This document shows positions 15,653 to 23,128 of a stretch of DNA of 32,000 nucleotides, in pieces. Where the stretch lies: positions 1 through 32,000 of the forward strand of contig CAZSDX010000002.1 in NCBI GenBank assembly GCA_964605685.1. The letters are read 5' to 3'. Below the pieces are notes generated by a model. The model was not told the DNA's origin and made no database searches. It was given only the letters and a program-made list of their open reading frames with translations. The DNA is from an uncultured Polyangiaceae bacterium (lineage in GTDB: Bacteria > Myxococcota_A > Polyangia > Polyangiales > Polyangiaceae). The first letter of the stretch is position 1, and each line of letters starts with the position of its first letter. The position numbers were made by a program, and so were the translations under genes.

Positions 15653-16200
15653 TGCTCACCGGGCGGAGGCTGGTGATCGACACTTCGATAGCTCGTGCTG
15701 CAGGTCCGCCGGAGTCTCCGCACCCCCGGGGAACTCGCTGCCGCGAGTGCCTGGAGGTGGTGAAGAGCGCGGGGCATCGCCTTGTCTGGTCCAGCCAGAT
15801 AAAAAACGAATGGCTCAAGCAGCGGGAGGATGGCAGCCCTTTTGCTTCCAGATGGGCCCTCGATTGGTTGGCAACGATGGCCAAACGAGGCCGCCTCTAC
15901 CGCCCGGTGGAGGGGGAGTCCCTCGAAGCATCGCTGAGGGAGACCAGCGCCAGCCTCAAAGCCAAGCTCGCCATGATCGAGGATGTTCACCTGCTCGACG
16001 CAGCCCTGGCATCGGATCGGGTTGTGCTTTCCCTGGACGAGGAGGTTCGGGCTTGCTTGCGGTCGGCAGCGAGCGAGATCGAACCGTTGCGCAAGGTTGC
16101 CTGGGCCAACCCGCTCCGAGAGGAGGAGAACGTGGGGGAATGGCTCCGGGACGGCGCCAAGCCCAAACCCCTCCGACAGCTGGGAGCGCAACCCGGTTGA
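15652..16200 (+). CDS. PIN-like domain protein (putative nuclease partner of the upstream ATPase)
   Basis: 182-aa ORF whose ATG shares its A with the repaired ATPase stop (TGATG). It has LVIDTSIARAAG (beta1 Asp), IKNEWL, EDVHLLDAALASD and VVLSLDEE. These are spaced like the four acidic residues of PIN folds. The assignment was made by eye only. Confidence 0.55.
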   Translation: MLTGRRLVIDTSIARAAGPPESPHPRGTRCRECLEVVKSAGHRLVWSSQIKNEWLKQREDGSPFASRWALDWLATMAKRGRLYRPVEGESLEASLRETSASLKAKLAMIEDVHLLDAALASDRVVLSLDEEVRACLRSAASEIEPLRKVAWANPLREEENVGEWLRDGAKPKPLRQLGAQPG

Positions 16201-16231
16201 CACGGGACCACCAGGCAGCGGCTATGGCACG

Positions 16232-17767
16232 ATGGCGGCCATGAGCCTTTCGGGTTTGATCGGTGGTCGGCTGGTGGAGGTGAACGCCCCGGACGGCGTG
16301 CTTCGGGCGGTGTCGCCCTCGGATCTGGACGACGTGGTGGGGGAGATCCCCTTCGCCCGCTCCCTCGCCGGGGAAGCGGTGGCCGCCGCCCGCCAGGCGC
16401 AGCCAGGGTGGGACGCGCTGGGGGTGGAGGGGCGGGCGCCGTACCTGGCGCGGCTCCGGGGGCTGCTGGCGGAGCGCGAGGAGGAGATCGGCGCGCTCAT
16501 CGCCCGGGAGATGGGCAAGCCGCTGCGGGAAGGGAGGCTGGAGGCCCGGGCGATGGCCGCCAAGATCGACATCTCCCTGGGAGAAGGGCTGGCGCTGGTG
16601 CAGGACGTGGAGCTCGACGGAGGGAAGCTCGCCTGGCGTCACCGACCCCACGGGGTCCTGGCGGTGATCGGCCCGTTCAACTTCCCCCTGCACCTGGCCC
16701 ACGGGCACGTCGTCCCCGCGCTCCTCGCCGGGAACACCGTCATCTTCAAGCCCAGCGAGGTCACCCCCCACTGCGGCCTGCTCTACGCCCGGCTGCTGGC
16801 GGAGGCTGGCTTCCCCCCGGGGGTCGTCGGCGTGGTCCAGGGCGATGGCCCGGTGGGGGCCGCGCTGGCGGAGGACGACGGCGTCGACGGGGTGCTGTTC
16901 ACCGGATCCTACGAGGTAGGGGTGAGGATCCTCCAGGCCAGCGCGGCGCGCCCGGGGAAGATGCTGGCCCTGGAGTTGGGCGGCAAGAACGCCGCCGTCG
17001 TGCTCGCCGACGCCCCCCCGGAGAAGGCCCTGGTGGACGTGCTGCTCAGCGCGTTCTCCACCGCAGGGCAGCGCTGCACCTGCGCCAGCCGCCTGATCGT
17101 CGAGCGCTCCCTCGCCGAGCCCTTCATCGAGCGCCTCGCCGCCCAGGCGCAGCGGCTGGTCGTGGGCCACGCGCTGGACCCAGCGGCCTTCCTGGGGCCC
17201 CTGGCCACCGCGAGAGGGCTGGAGAAATTCGAGGCCATGCAGGCCGAGGCCGAGCGGGAAGGCTCCCGCTGCGTCCGGGCCCCGGCGGCGCCGGAGGTGC
17301 GCTGGCAAGGGCGCACCGTCCGGGGGTATTACGCGACCCCCCGCGTGCGGCGCGTGGGAAAAGTGGAGAAGACGAGCGCCTACCAGCGGGAGGAGATCTT
17401 CGGTCCGGACCTGGCGGTGTATGTGGCCGACGATCAGGACCACGCGATCGCGCTGGCGAACGACACGCCGTTCGGGCTGTCGGCGGGGGTGTGGACCCGA
17501 TCCCCGGAGCGCTTCGAGGAGTGCGCGAGGAGGCTGCGGGTGGGGTGCCTGACCTGGAACGCGCCGACGGTCGGCTCATCGAGCCGGCTGCCCTTCGGCG
17601 GGCTGGGGCGAAGCGGGAACCACCGGCCCGCGGGAGTGTTCTCGTCCAGGTACTGCGCTTACCCACTGGCGCTCTCCCGGGGGGAGGCGTCGGTGGACGA
17701 AAGGGGGCTCCCCCCGGGCTTCGGCTGGGGCGAGAAAAATCACAGCGCCGAGGGGGGGTTGGGGTAA
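16232..17767 (+). CDS. NAD-dependent aldehyde dehydrogenase, succinylglutamate-semialdehyde dehydrogenase (AstD)-like
   Basis: ALDH motifs are FKPSEVTP, LELGGKNA, catalytic-Cys block TAGQRCTCASR and EEIFGP. The C-terminus GNHRPAGVFSSRYCAYPLA resembles the AstD tail as I remember it. The start is ATG 16232 or 16241. Confidence 0.85.
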   Translation: MAAMSLSGLIGGRLVEVNAPDGVLRAVSPSDLDDVVGEIPFARSLAGEAVAAARQAQPGWDALGVEGRAPYLARLRGLLAEREEEIGALIAREMGKPLREGRLEARAMAAKIDISLGEGLALVQDVELDGGKLAWRHRPHGVLAVIGPFNFPLHLAHGHVVPALLAGNTVIFKPSEVTPHCGLLYARLLAEAGFPPGVVGVVQGDGPVGAALAEDDGVDGVLFTGSYEVGVRILQASAARPGKMLALELGGKNAAVVLADAPPEKALVDVLLSAFSTAGQRCTCASRLIVERSLAEPFIERLAAQAQRLVVGHALDPAAFLGPLATARGLEKFEAMQAEAEREGSRCVRAPAAPEVRWQGRTVRGYYATPRVRRVGKVEKTSAYQREEIFGPDLAVYVADDQDHAIALANDTPFGLSAGVWTRSPERFEECARRLRVGCLTWNAPTVGSSSRLPFGGLGRSGNHRPAGVFSSRYCAYPLALSRGEASVDERGLPPGFGWGEKNHSAEGGLG

Positions 17768-17810
17768 GCTCGGGGCGGCCCCTCCCGGGAGGGCATGCCA
17801 GAAATACGCC

Positions 17811-19964
17811 ATGGAGATCAAGCTCGCACAACGCCTCAGCCTCGGGCTCAACATCGTGATGACCCCGCAGTTGCAGCAGGCGATTCGCCTGCTGCAGCTC
17901 TCGCGGATCGAGCTGATCGACGAGGTCCGGAGGGAGCTGGAGGCCAACCCGGTGCTGGCAGACGACGACTCGGACCCGCGGGAGCGGAACGAGGTGGGAG
18001 GCCCCGGGGACTACGTGGGACGATCCAGCGACCAGGCGATGAGCGATCTGGACAACCACGCGGCGGATCGGGACATCAACGCGCGGCGGGAGGAGAAGAA
18101 GGCGCAGGAGGTCGACTGGGAGCAGTTTCTGGAGAACCGGACGCTCCAGCAACCGACCTACGCCACCCGGAGCGGCTTCGAGGAGCTGCCTCCCATCGAG
18201 CAGTCGCTGACCCGGGCAACCAGCCTGGCGGAGCACCTCCGGTGGCAGCTCCAGATGTCGGATTTCACCGAGGCAGAGCGGGCCTTCGCGGAGCTGGTGA
18301 TCTCGAACCTGGACGACAACGGGTTCCTGGATCTCAAGGGCTCGTACCAGGACGAGGCCGACGAGCTGATCAAGGAGATCGAGCGATCGCCAGCCTCGAA
18401 GTTCGCGGTGTTCAACCTGGGGGTGTTCCAGGAGAAGATGGGGAACCACGAGGGGGCGCGGCGGCAATTCATCCGGTTCCTCGGGGACGACTGCGGGGCG
18501 GACGAGCGGGCCGTGGTCGACCTGGTGCTGAAGATGGTGCGCCGCTGCAACAGCGGGGTCGAGGAGCTGATCCGCGACCTGGTGGCGCTCCCCGACAGCC
18601 AGCCCTGGGCCCGGGAGCTCCTGCCGAGGCTCAAGGCCAAGGACGCGCGGCTGAGGGACCTGCGGGAGGTGGCCGCCCAGGCGCAGCGGCAGGCCCCGAG
18701 GCTGGGCGACGGAGGCAAGCGGGTCCAGTCGCTGCTCGATGCGATGGATGGCCTGCTGCACCTCCAGCCACCTCCGATGCAGGAGCCCCTGGGGACGCTG
18801 TTTCACAGGGCCATGGCCCTGGCGCTGGACGCCCATTTCAGCGACGCCGCGGCGGTGCTGGAGCGGATCCCGGGGCTCGACGTGGGCCCGAGGGAGCGGG
18901 AGCGGGTGCTCCAGTACCTGGAGCGGCTGGCGGAGGCCCCGGAGGCGCCTGCTCAGGTACCCAGCGAGGGGGGAGACGACGAGGACAGGGAGGAAGAGCC
19001 GCCGGGGGTCAGGCTGACCATCGAGCAGATGGCGGAGCGCGCGGGACTGGACCCGGAGGACGCGCTGGAGGTGCTGCGGATGGTGCAGAACTTCGACCCC
19101 ATCGGGGTGGCCTCGCGGGACCTGCGGGAGTGCCTCCGGGTGCAGGCGGAGGCCTTCGGCTACGACGAGTTGGAACTGGCGATCATCGACCGGCACCTGT
19201 CGAACCTGGAGAAGCACAACTACGGCGCCATCGCCCGGGACCTGAAGGTGCCGCTGGAGGACGTGTACGAGGCGTGCAAGTGGATCCAGAAGCTGGAGAG
19301 CCGCCCCGCGCGGAACTTCACCGACACCGACGAGCGCAGCATCGGGATCACCCCGGACGTGTACATCGTCAAGGATGGGGACAAGTTCGTGGTGCTGGAC
19401 AACGACCGCGGGCTCCAGCGGCTCTACGTCAACGAGGCGCTCACCAAGAAGCTGCTCCACGACCCGAACGCCAAGGAGTGGGTGGGGGAGAAGCTGAAGA
19501 ACGCCCAGTGGCTGATCCGGGCCATCGAGCAGCGGCGCAAGACGATCATCCGGGTGACCGAGGCCATTGTCGAGCGGCAGCGAGAATTCTTCGAGAAGGG
19601 GGTCGCCCACCTCAAGCCGATGATCCTCCGGGACATCGCCGAGGAGGTGCGCATGCACGAGAGCACCATCTCCCGGGTGACCACCAACAAGTACGCCCAC
19701 ACCCCCCAGGGCCTCTTCGAGCTCAAGTACTTCTTCAACTCGGCGATCAAGCGCTCCGACGAGGACGACATCGCCTCCGAGAGCGTCAAGCAGGCGATCA
19801 AGCGGCTGATCGAGACCGAGGACAAGCAGAACCCCCTGTCGGACCAGGCCATCGTCGAGCGGCTGGAGAAGAACGACGGCATCAAGATCGCCCGGCGCAC
19901 CGTGGCCAAGTACCGGGAGATGATGGGGATTCTGGCTTCCAGCAGGCGCAAGAAGATGTTTTGA
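17811..19964 (+). CDS. rpoN: RNA polymerase sigma-54 factor, unusually long (717 aa)
   Basis: Region I is MEIKLAQRLSLGLNIVMTPQLQQAIRLLQLS, followed by an acidic region II. The core-binding block is FDPIGVASRDLRECL. The HTH is ESTISRVTTNKY and the RpoN box is ARRTVAKYRE. Confidence 0.95.
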   Translation: MEIKLAQRLSLGLNIVMTPQLQQAIRLLQLSRIELIDEVRRELEANPVLADDDSDPRERNEVGGPGDYVGRSSDQAMSDLDNHAADRDINARREEKKAQEVDWEQFLENRTLQQPTYATRSGFEELPPIEQSLTRATSLAEHLRWQLQMSDFTEAERAFAELVISNLDDNGFLDLKGSYQDEADELIKEIERSPASKFAVFNLGVFQEKMGNHEGARRQFIRFLGDDCGADERAVVDLVLKMVRRCNSGVEELIRDLVALPDSQPWARELLPRLKAKDARLRDLREVAAQAQRQAPRLGDGGKRVQSLLDAMDGLLHLQPPPMQEPLGTLFHRAMALALDAHFSDAAAVLERIPGLDVGPRERERVLQYLERLAEAPEAPAQVPSEGGDDEDREEEPPGVRLTIEQMAERAGLDPEDALEVLRMVQNFDPIGVASRDLRECLRVQAEAFGYDELELAIIDRHLSNLEKHNYGAIARDLKVPLEDVYEACKWIQKLESRPARNFTDTDERSIGITPDVYIVKDGDKFVVLDNDRGLQRLYVNEALTKKLLHDPNAKEWVGEKLKNAQWLIRAIEQRRKTIIRVTEAIVERQREFFEKGVAHLKPMILRDIAEEVRMHESTISRVTTNKYAHTPQGLFELKYFFNSAIKRSDEDDIASESVKQAIKRLIETEDKQNPLSDQAIVERLEKNDGIKIARRTVAKYREMMGILASSRRKKMF

Positions 19965-20018
19965 TAAAGGCACCCCCGGCGACCGAACCGGGCCACGGCG
20001 GCGCCCCGGGCGCCGCCC

Positions 20019-20024
20019 AGGAGG
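20019..20024 (+). promoter_or_regulatory. Shine-Dalgarno (AGGAGG) for hpf
   Basis: AGGAGG lies 7 nt upstream of ATG 20032. Confidence 0.5.
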
Positions 20025-20031
20025 AATCAGC

Positions 20032-20397
20032 ATGAACATCGCGATCACGTTCCGGCATCTGGAGGCCAGCGAGCCGATGAAGACGTACGCCAACGACAAG
20101 GTGGCCAAGCTGCAGAAGTTCCTCCGGCAGCCGATGCGCGCCAAGGTCACGCTGTCGCTGGAGAACAAGCAGCAGCGCTGCGAGGCCGAGCTCAACGCGG
20201 GCTCCTCGCACTTCGTCGCCAGCGAGTCCGGCGACGACATGTACGCCTCCATCGACCGGGTCATCGACAAGCTGGAGCGTCAGATCAACCACGAGCACGG
20301 CGCCAGCATCGCCCGCAAGCGGGGCGCAGAGAGCGCCGGGGCCTTCGCCGCCGCCAACACCGAGGGCACGGAGCTGCCCGAAGATCCATCGAACTGA
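20032..20397 (+). CDS. hpf: ribosome hibernation-promoting factor (short HPF/RaiA type)
   Basis: MNIAITFRHLEASEPMKTYANDKVAKLQKF is the classic sigma-54-modulation-protein N-terminus. The gene sits immediately after rpoN. Confidence 0.9.
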   Translation: MNIAITFRHLEASEPMKTYANDKVAKLQKFLRQPMRAKVTLSLENKQQRCEAELNAGSSHFVASESGDDMYASIDRVIDKLERQINHEHGASIARKRGAESAGAFAAANTEGTELPEDPSN

Positions 20398-20426
20398 CGC
20401 CCCCTCTCACCCACCACCCGGGCCCC

Positions 20427-20891
20427 GTGAAGCTGACCGAAATCGTCACGCCGGATCGCGTCGGTGTGCTCCCCCCCGACGCGAGGCTCGACAAGCGACA
20501 GACGCTCCACCACATCGCCACCCTGCTGGCCCGGGGGCTGGCGATCCCCCCGTCGCGCATCCTCGCCACCCTCGAGGAGCGGGAACAGCTCCAGTCCACC
20601 GGGATCGGGGACGGTGTCGCCATGCCCCACGGCACCCTCGACAGCGTCCAAGGGCAGGTCGGCGCCCTGCTGCTCTGCCCCGGAGGCGTCGACTTCGAGG
20701 CCATCGACGAGAAGCCTTCCCATATCCTCTTCGGCCTCGTCGGGCCGAAGAATGCGCTGGAGCACCTGAAGATCCTCGCCAGGATGTCCCGGGTGCTCCG
20801 CAACAGCAACTTCCGGGCGAGGCTGGTGAGCGAGCGCGACGCCGCCCTGGCCTACCAGCTCCTTCGCGCGGAGGACGAGTCCGTTGGCTGA
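20427..20891 (+). CDS. ptsN: PTS IIA-Ntr (nitrogen regulatory EIIA)
   Basis: Phosphorylatable-His context STGIGDGVAMPHG. The protein is 154 aa with a GTG start. The position after hpf matches the canonical rpoN operon. Confidence 0.9.
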   Translation: MKLTEIVTPDRVGVLPPDARLDKRQTLHHIATLLARGLAIPPSRILATLEEREQLQSTGIGDGVAMPHGTLDSVQGQVGALLLCPGGVDFEAIDEKPSHILFGLVGPKNALEHLKILARMSRVLRNSNFRARLVSERDAALAYQLLRAEDESVG

Positions 20892-21939
20892 CTGGCGGGG
20901 GGAGGGAGGTCCCACCATCACCGTCCAGGCGCTGCTTGCCGATCGCGCCCTCGGGGTGAGGCTGCGGCTGGTTGCCGGGGAGGCCGGTCAGGAGCGCCGG
21001 ATCTCCCACGCACGGATCCAGAAGCCGGGCCTGGCGCTCGTGGGGCACTTCCACGGAGTCGTACCGACCCGGGTCCAGATCCTCGGCGAGACCGAGATGT
21101 CGTACCTCAGGACCCTCAACGAGGCCGCGCTCCACAGCGCCCTCGGCGGCTTCTTCGCCCAGCATTTCTCCCTGGTGGTGGTCACCTCCGACGACGCGGT
21201 ACTGCTGCCCCAGCTCACCTCCCACGCCGCGCGCCACGGCGTGCCCCTCGCGGTGTCGCCGCTGCGCTCCAGCCACACCATCGCGGCGCTCCACGTGCTC
21301 CTCGACGAGCGCCTTGCCCCTCGCACCGTCGTCCACGGCGTGCTGATCGACGTGTTCGGCCAGGGGATCCTCCTCGCGGGCAAGAGCGGCATCGGCAAGA
21401 GCGAGTGCGCCCTGGAGCTCATCCTCCGGGGGCACCGGCTGGTGGCGGACGACGCGGTACACTGCGACTGGCAGCCACCCGGAGTGATCTTCGGGGCGCC
21501 GGCGGCGCTGCTGGCCCATCACATCGAGGTGCGCGGGCTCGGCGTGCTGGACGTACGAAGCCTCTTCGGGGTCGCTTCCACCCGGGAGCGGAAGCGGGTC
21601 CACCTGGTGATCCGCCTCCAGGAGTGGTCCGAGGACACGGAGTACGACCGGATGGGGATCGAGGACAGGTACCACGAGATCCTGGGGGTACCGATCCGGG
21701 AGATCGTGCTCCCGATCCGACCGGGTCGGAGCGTGGCCAGCATCATCGAGGTGGCCGCGCGCAACGAGCTGATGAGGCGCTCCGGGGTGCACTCGGCGCG
21801 CGACTTCTTCTCCCGGCTCAACCAGACTCTCCTGCACCTCCCACCCGAAGAAGCCGATCTGCTCATCCCTCCCACGGCGCCCGCCACGCCCCCGACCCCG
21901 CCGGTGACCCCGGTCAACCCCCCCCCCAAGGGAAGCTGA
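20884..21939 (+). CDS. hprK: HPr kinase/phosphorylase with a Pro-rich C-terminal tail
   Basis: P-loop and signature GILLAGKSGIGKSECALELILRGHRLVADDAV. The TTG start overlaps the ptsN end by 8 nt, so the start is somewhat uncertain. Confidence 0.88.
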   Translation: MADWRGEGGPTITVQALLADRALGVRLRLVAGEAGQERRISHARIQKPGLALVGHFHGVVPTRVQILGETEMSYLRTLNEAALHSALGGFFAQHFSLVVVTSDDAVLLPQLTSHAARHGVPLAVSPLRSSHTIAALHVLLDERLAPRTVVHGVLIDVFGQGILLAGKSGIGKSECALELILRGHRLVADDAVHCDWQPPGVIFGAPAALLAHHIEVRGLGVLDVRSLFGVASTRERKRVHLVIRLQEWSEDTEYDRMGIEDRYHEILGVPIREIVLPIRPGRSVASIIEVAARNELMRRSGVHSARDFFSRLNQTLLHLPPEEADLLIPPTAPATPPTPPVTPVNPPPKGS

Positions 21940-22856
21940 TGCAGCCCGCCCCCACCCTCGTCGTCGTCGTCACAGGCATGTCCGGAGCCGGCAAGTCGAC
22001 GGCCCTCCGGGCGCTGGAAGACATGCGCTTTTACTGCGTCGACAACCTCCCGACCCCCCTGGTCCGGGAGACCCTGGACATCTGCGCGGCGGGGGGGCTG
22101 GCCCGGGTGGCGTTGGGTCTGGACGTGCGGGTCCGGGGGTTCTTCGAGCAGGCCGGGTCCCTCCTCGACGAGATCCGCAAGCGGGACGGGCTGGAGCTCC
22201 ACGTGCTCTGCCTCGACGCCACCGACGAGGCGCTGCTCCGCCGCTACAGCGAGACGCGCCGCCCCCACCCGCTGTCCGTGGCCGAGGGGAACGACGGCAC
22301 CGCCGCCGCGGTCCTCGACGGAATCCGGAGCGAGCGGGAGCGCCTCGGACCCCTCCGGGCCCGGGCCACCCACGTCATCGACACCACCAGCCTCTCGGTC
22401 CACGACCTGCGCCGCAGCATCGTGGCGATGCTGGGGCCCGCGGGCCAGCTTCCCCGGATGTCCACGCGCCTCCTCTCCTTCGGCTTCAAGTACGGGATGC
22501 CGGTGGACGCGGACGTCGTCTTCGACGTTCGCTTCCTCGATAACCCGTACCACATCCCGGCGCTCCGCGAGCTCCCCGGGACCCACCCCAACGTCGCCGC
22601 CCACGTCCTCGGCCACCCGGACACCACCGAGTTCCTCGACCACGCCCGTGGCCTCCTCGGCTTCGCCCTGCCCCGCTACGAGCGCGAGGGGAAGGCTTAC
22701 CTCACCGTCGCCGTCGGCTGCACCGGCGGGCGCCACCGCAGCGTCGCCATCACCGAGCGCCTGGCGGACGAGCTCCGCTTCTCCACCGGCTTCCCCATCC
22801 GGGTCGTCCACCGCGACCTCCAGCGCGACCCCGGTCGCCCCGGCGAGGCCCCTTGA
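21939..22856 (+). CDS. rapZ: RNase adapter protein RapZ (YhbJ family P-loop protein)
   Basis: MQPAPTLVVVVTGMSGAGKSTALRALEDMRFYCVDNLP, and a C-terminal block VAVGCTGGRHRSVAI. The ATG shares one base with the hprK stop (TGATG, 21937-21941). The ORF-track extension back to 21405 is rejected. Confidence 0.9.
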   Translation: MQPAPTLVVVVTGMSGAGKSTALRALEDMRFYCVDNLPTPLVRETLDICAAGGLARVALGLDVRVRGFFEQAGSLLDEIRKRDGLELHVLCLDATDEALLRRYSETRRPHPLSVAEGNDGTAAAVLDGIRSERERLGPLRARATHVIDTTSLSVHDLRRSIVAMLGPAGQLPRMSTRLLSFGFKYGMPVDADVVFDVRFLDNPYHIPALRELPGTHPNVAAHVLGHPDTTEFLDHARGLLGFALPRYEREGKAYLTVAVGCTGGRHRSVAITERLADELRFSTGFPIRVVHRDLQRDPGRPGEAP

Positions 22857-23128
22857 GCAAGCGATCCTCCACCTTCGAGATCATCAACGAGCGGGGGCTC
22901 CACGCCAGGGCCGCCGCGGTCCTCACCCGCCTTGCGCAGAGGTACCCCTGCGAGATCACCCTCAGCAAGGACGACCAGCGGGCCAACGGCAAGAGCATCA
23001 TGGGGCTGCTGCTCCTCTGCGGCGCCAAGGGCACGCTCCTCCACGTCGAGGCGGAGGGGCCCCAGGCCGAGGAGGCGGTCCAGGCCATCGGCGACCTCAT
23101 CGCCCAGCGCTTCGGGGAAGATCGGTGA
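22853..23128 (+). CDS. ptsH: HPr-family phosphocarrier protein (HPr/NPr)
   Basis: His-15 context NERGLHARAAA and Ser-46 context NGKSIMGLL, the HprK target. The TTG start overlaps the rapZ stop by 4 nt. Confidence 0.88.
   Translation: MSKRSSTFEIINERGLHARAAAVLTRLAQRYPCEITLSKDDQRANGKSIMGLLLLCGAKGTLLHVEAEGPQAEEAVQAIGDLIAQRFGEDR

Noticed and set aside
15500-16244. Continuation of the ATPase ORF in its original frame (the ORF track gives one 694-aa protein, 14160..16244)
   Set aside because: After ~15500 the translation is Arg/Gly/Ser/Cys-rich with no motifs and covers the well-formed PIN-like ORF. The -1 frame gives a compact C-terminus that ends exactly at the downstream ATG. I therefore prefer the frameshift model.
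20000-20014. Hairpin GGCGCC-CCG-GGCGCC between rpoN and hpf as a terminator
   Set aside because: It has a 6-bp stem with a 3-nt loop and no downstream T-tract. hpf follows with a strong SD, so read-through co-transcription is more likely.
17124-20270. 1048-aa ORF on the minus strand, the longest in the track
   Set aside because: It is entirely antisense to rpoN, hpf and the ALDH 3' end. Its sequence is Arg/Pro/Gly/Leu-rich with no recognisable motifs. This is the typical shadow ORF of a ~70% GC genome, where stop codons are rare in non-coding frames.
21405-21938. N-terminal extensions suggested by the ORF track for rapZ (21405), ptsI (22648), rarA (22932), chrA (4923), the MglA-like gene (6940), ALDH (15983) and GDPD (to 13686)
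   Set aside because: Each extended segment overlaps the preceding gene or is Arg/Pro/Gly-rich. The family-typical N-terminus begins at an internal start codon that abuts or overlaps the upstream stop.
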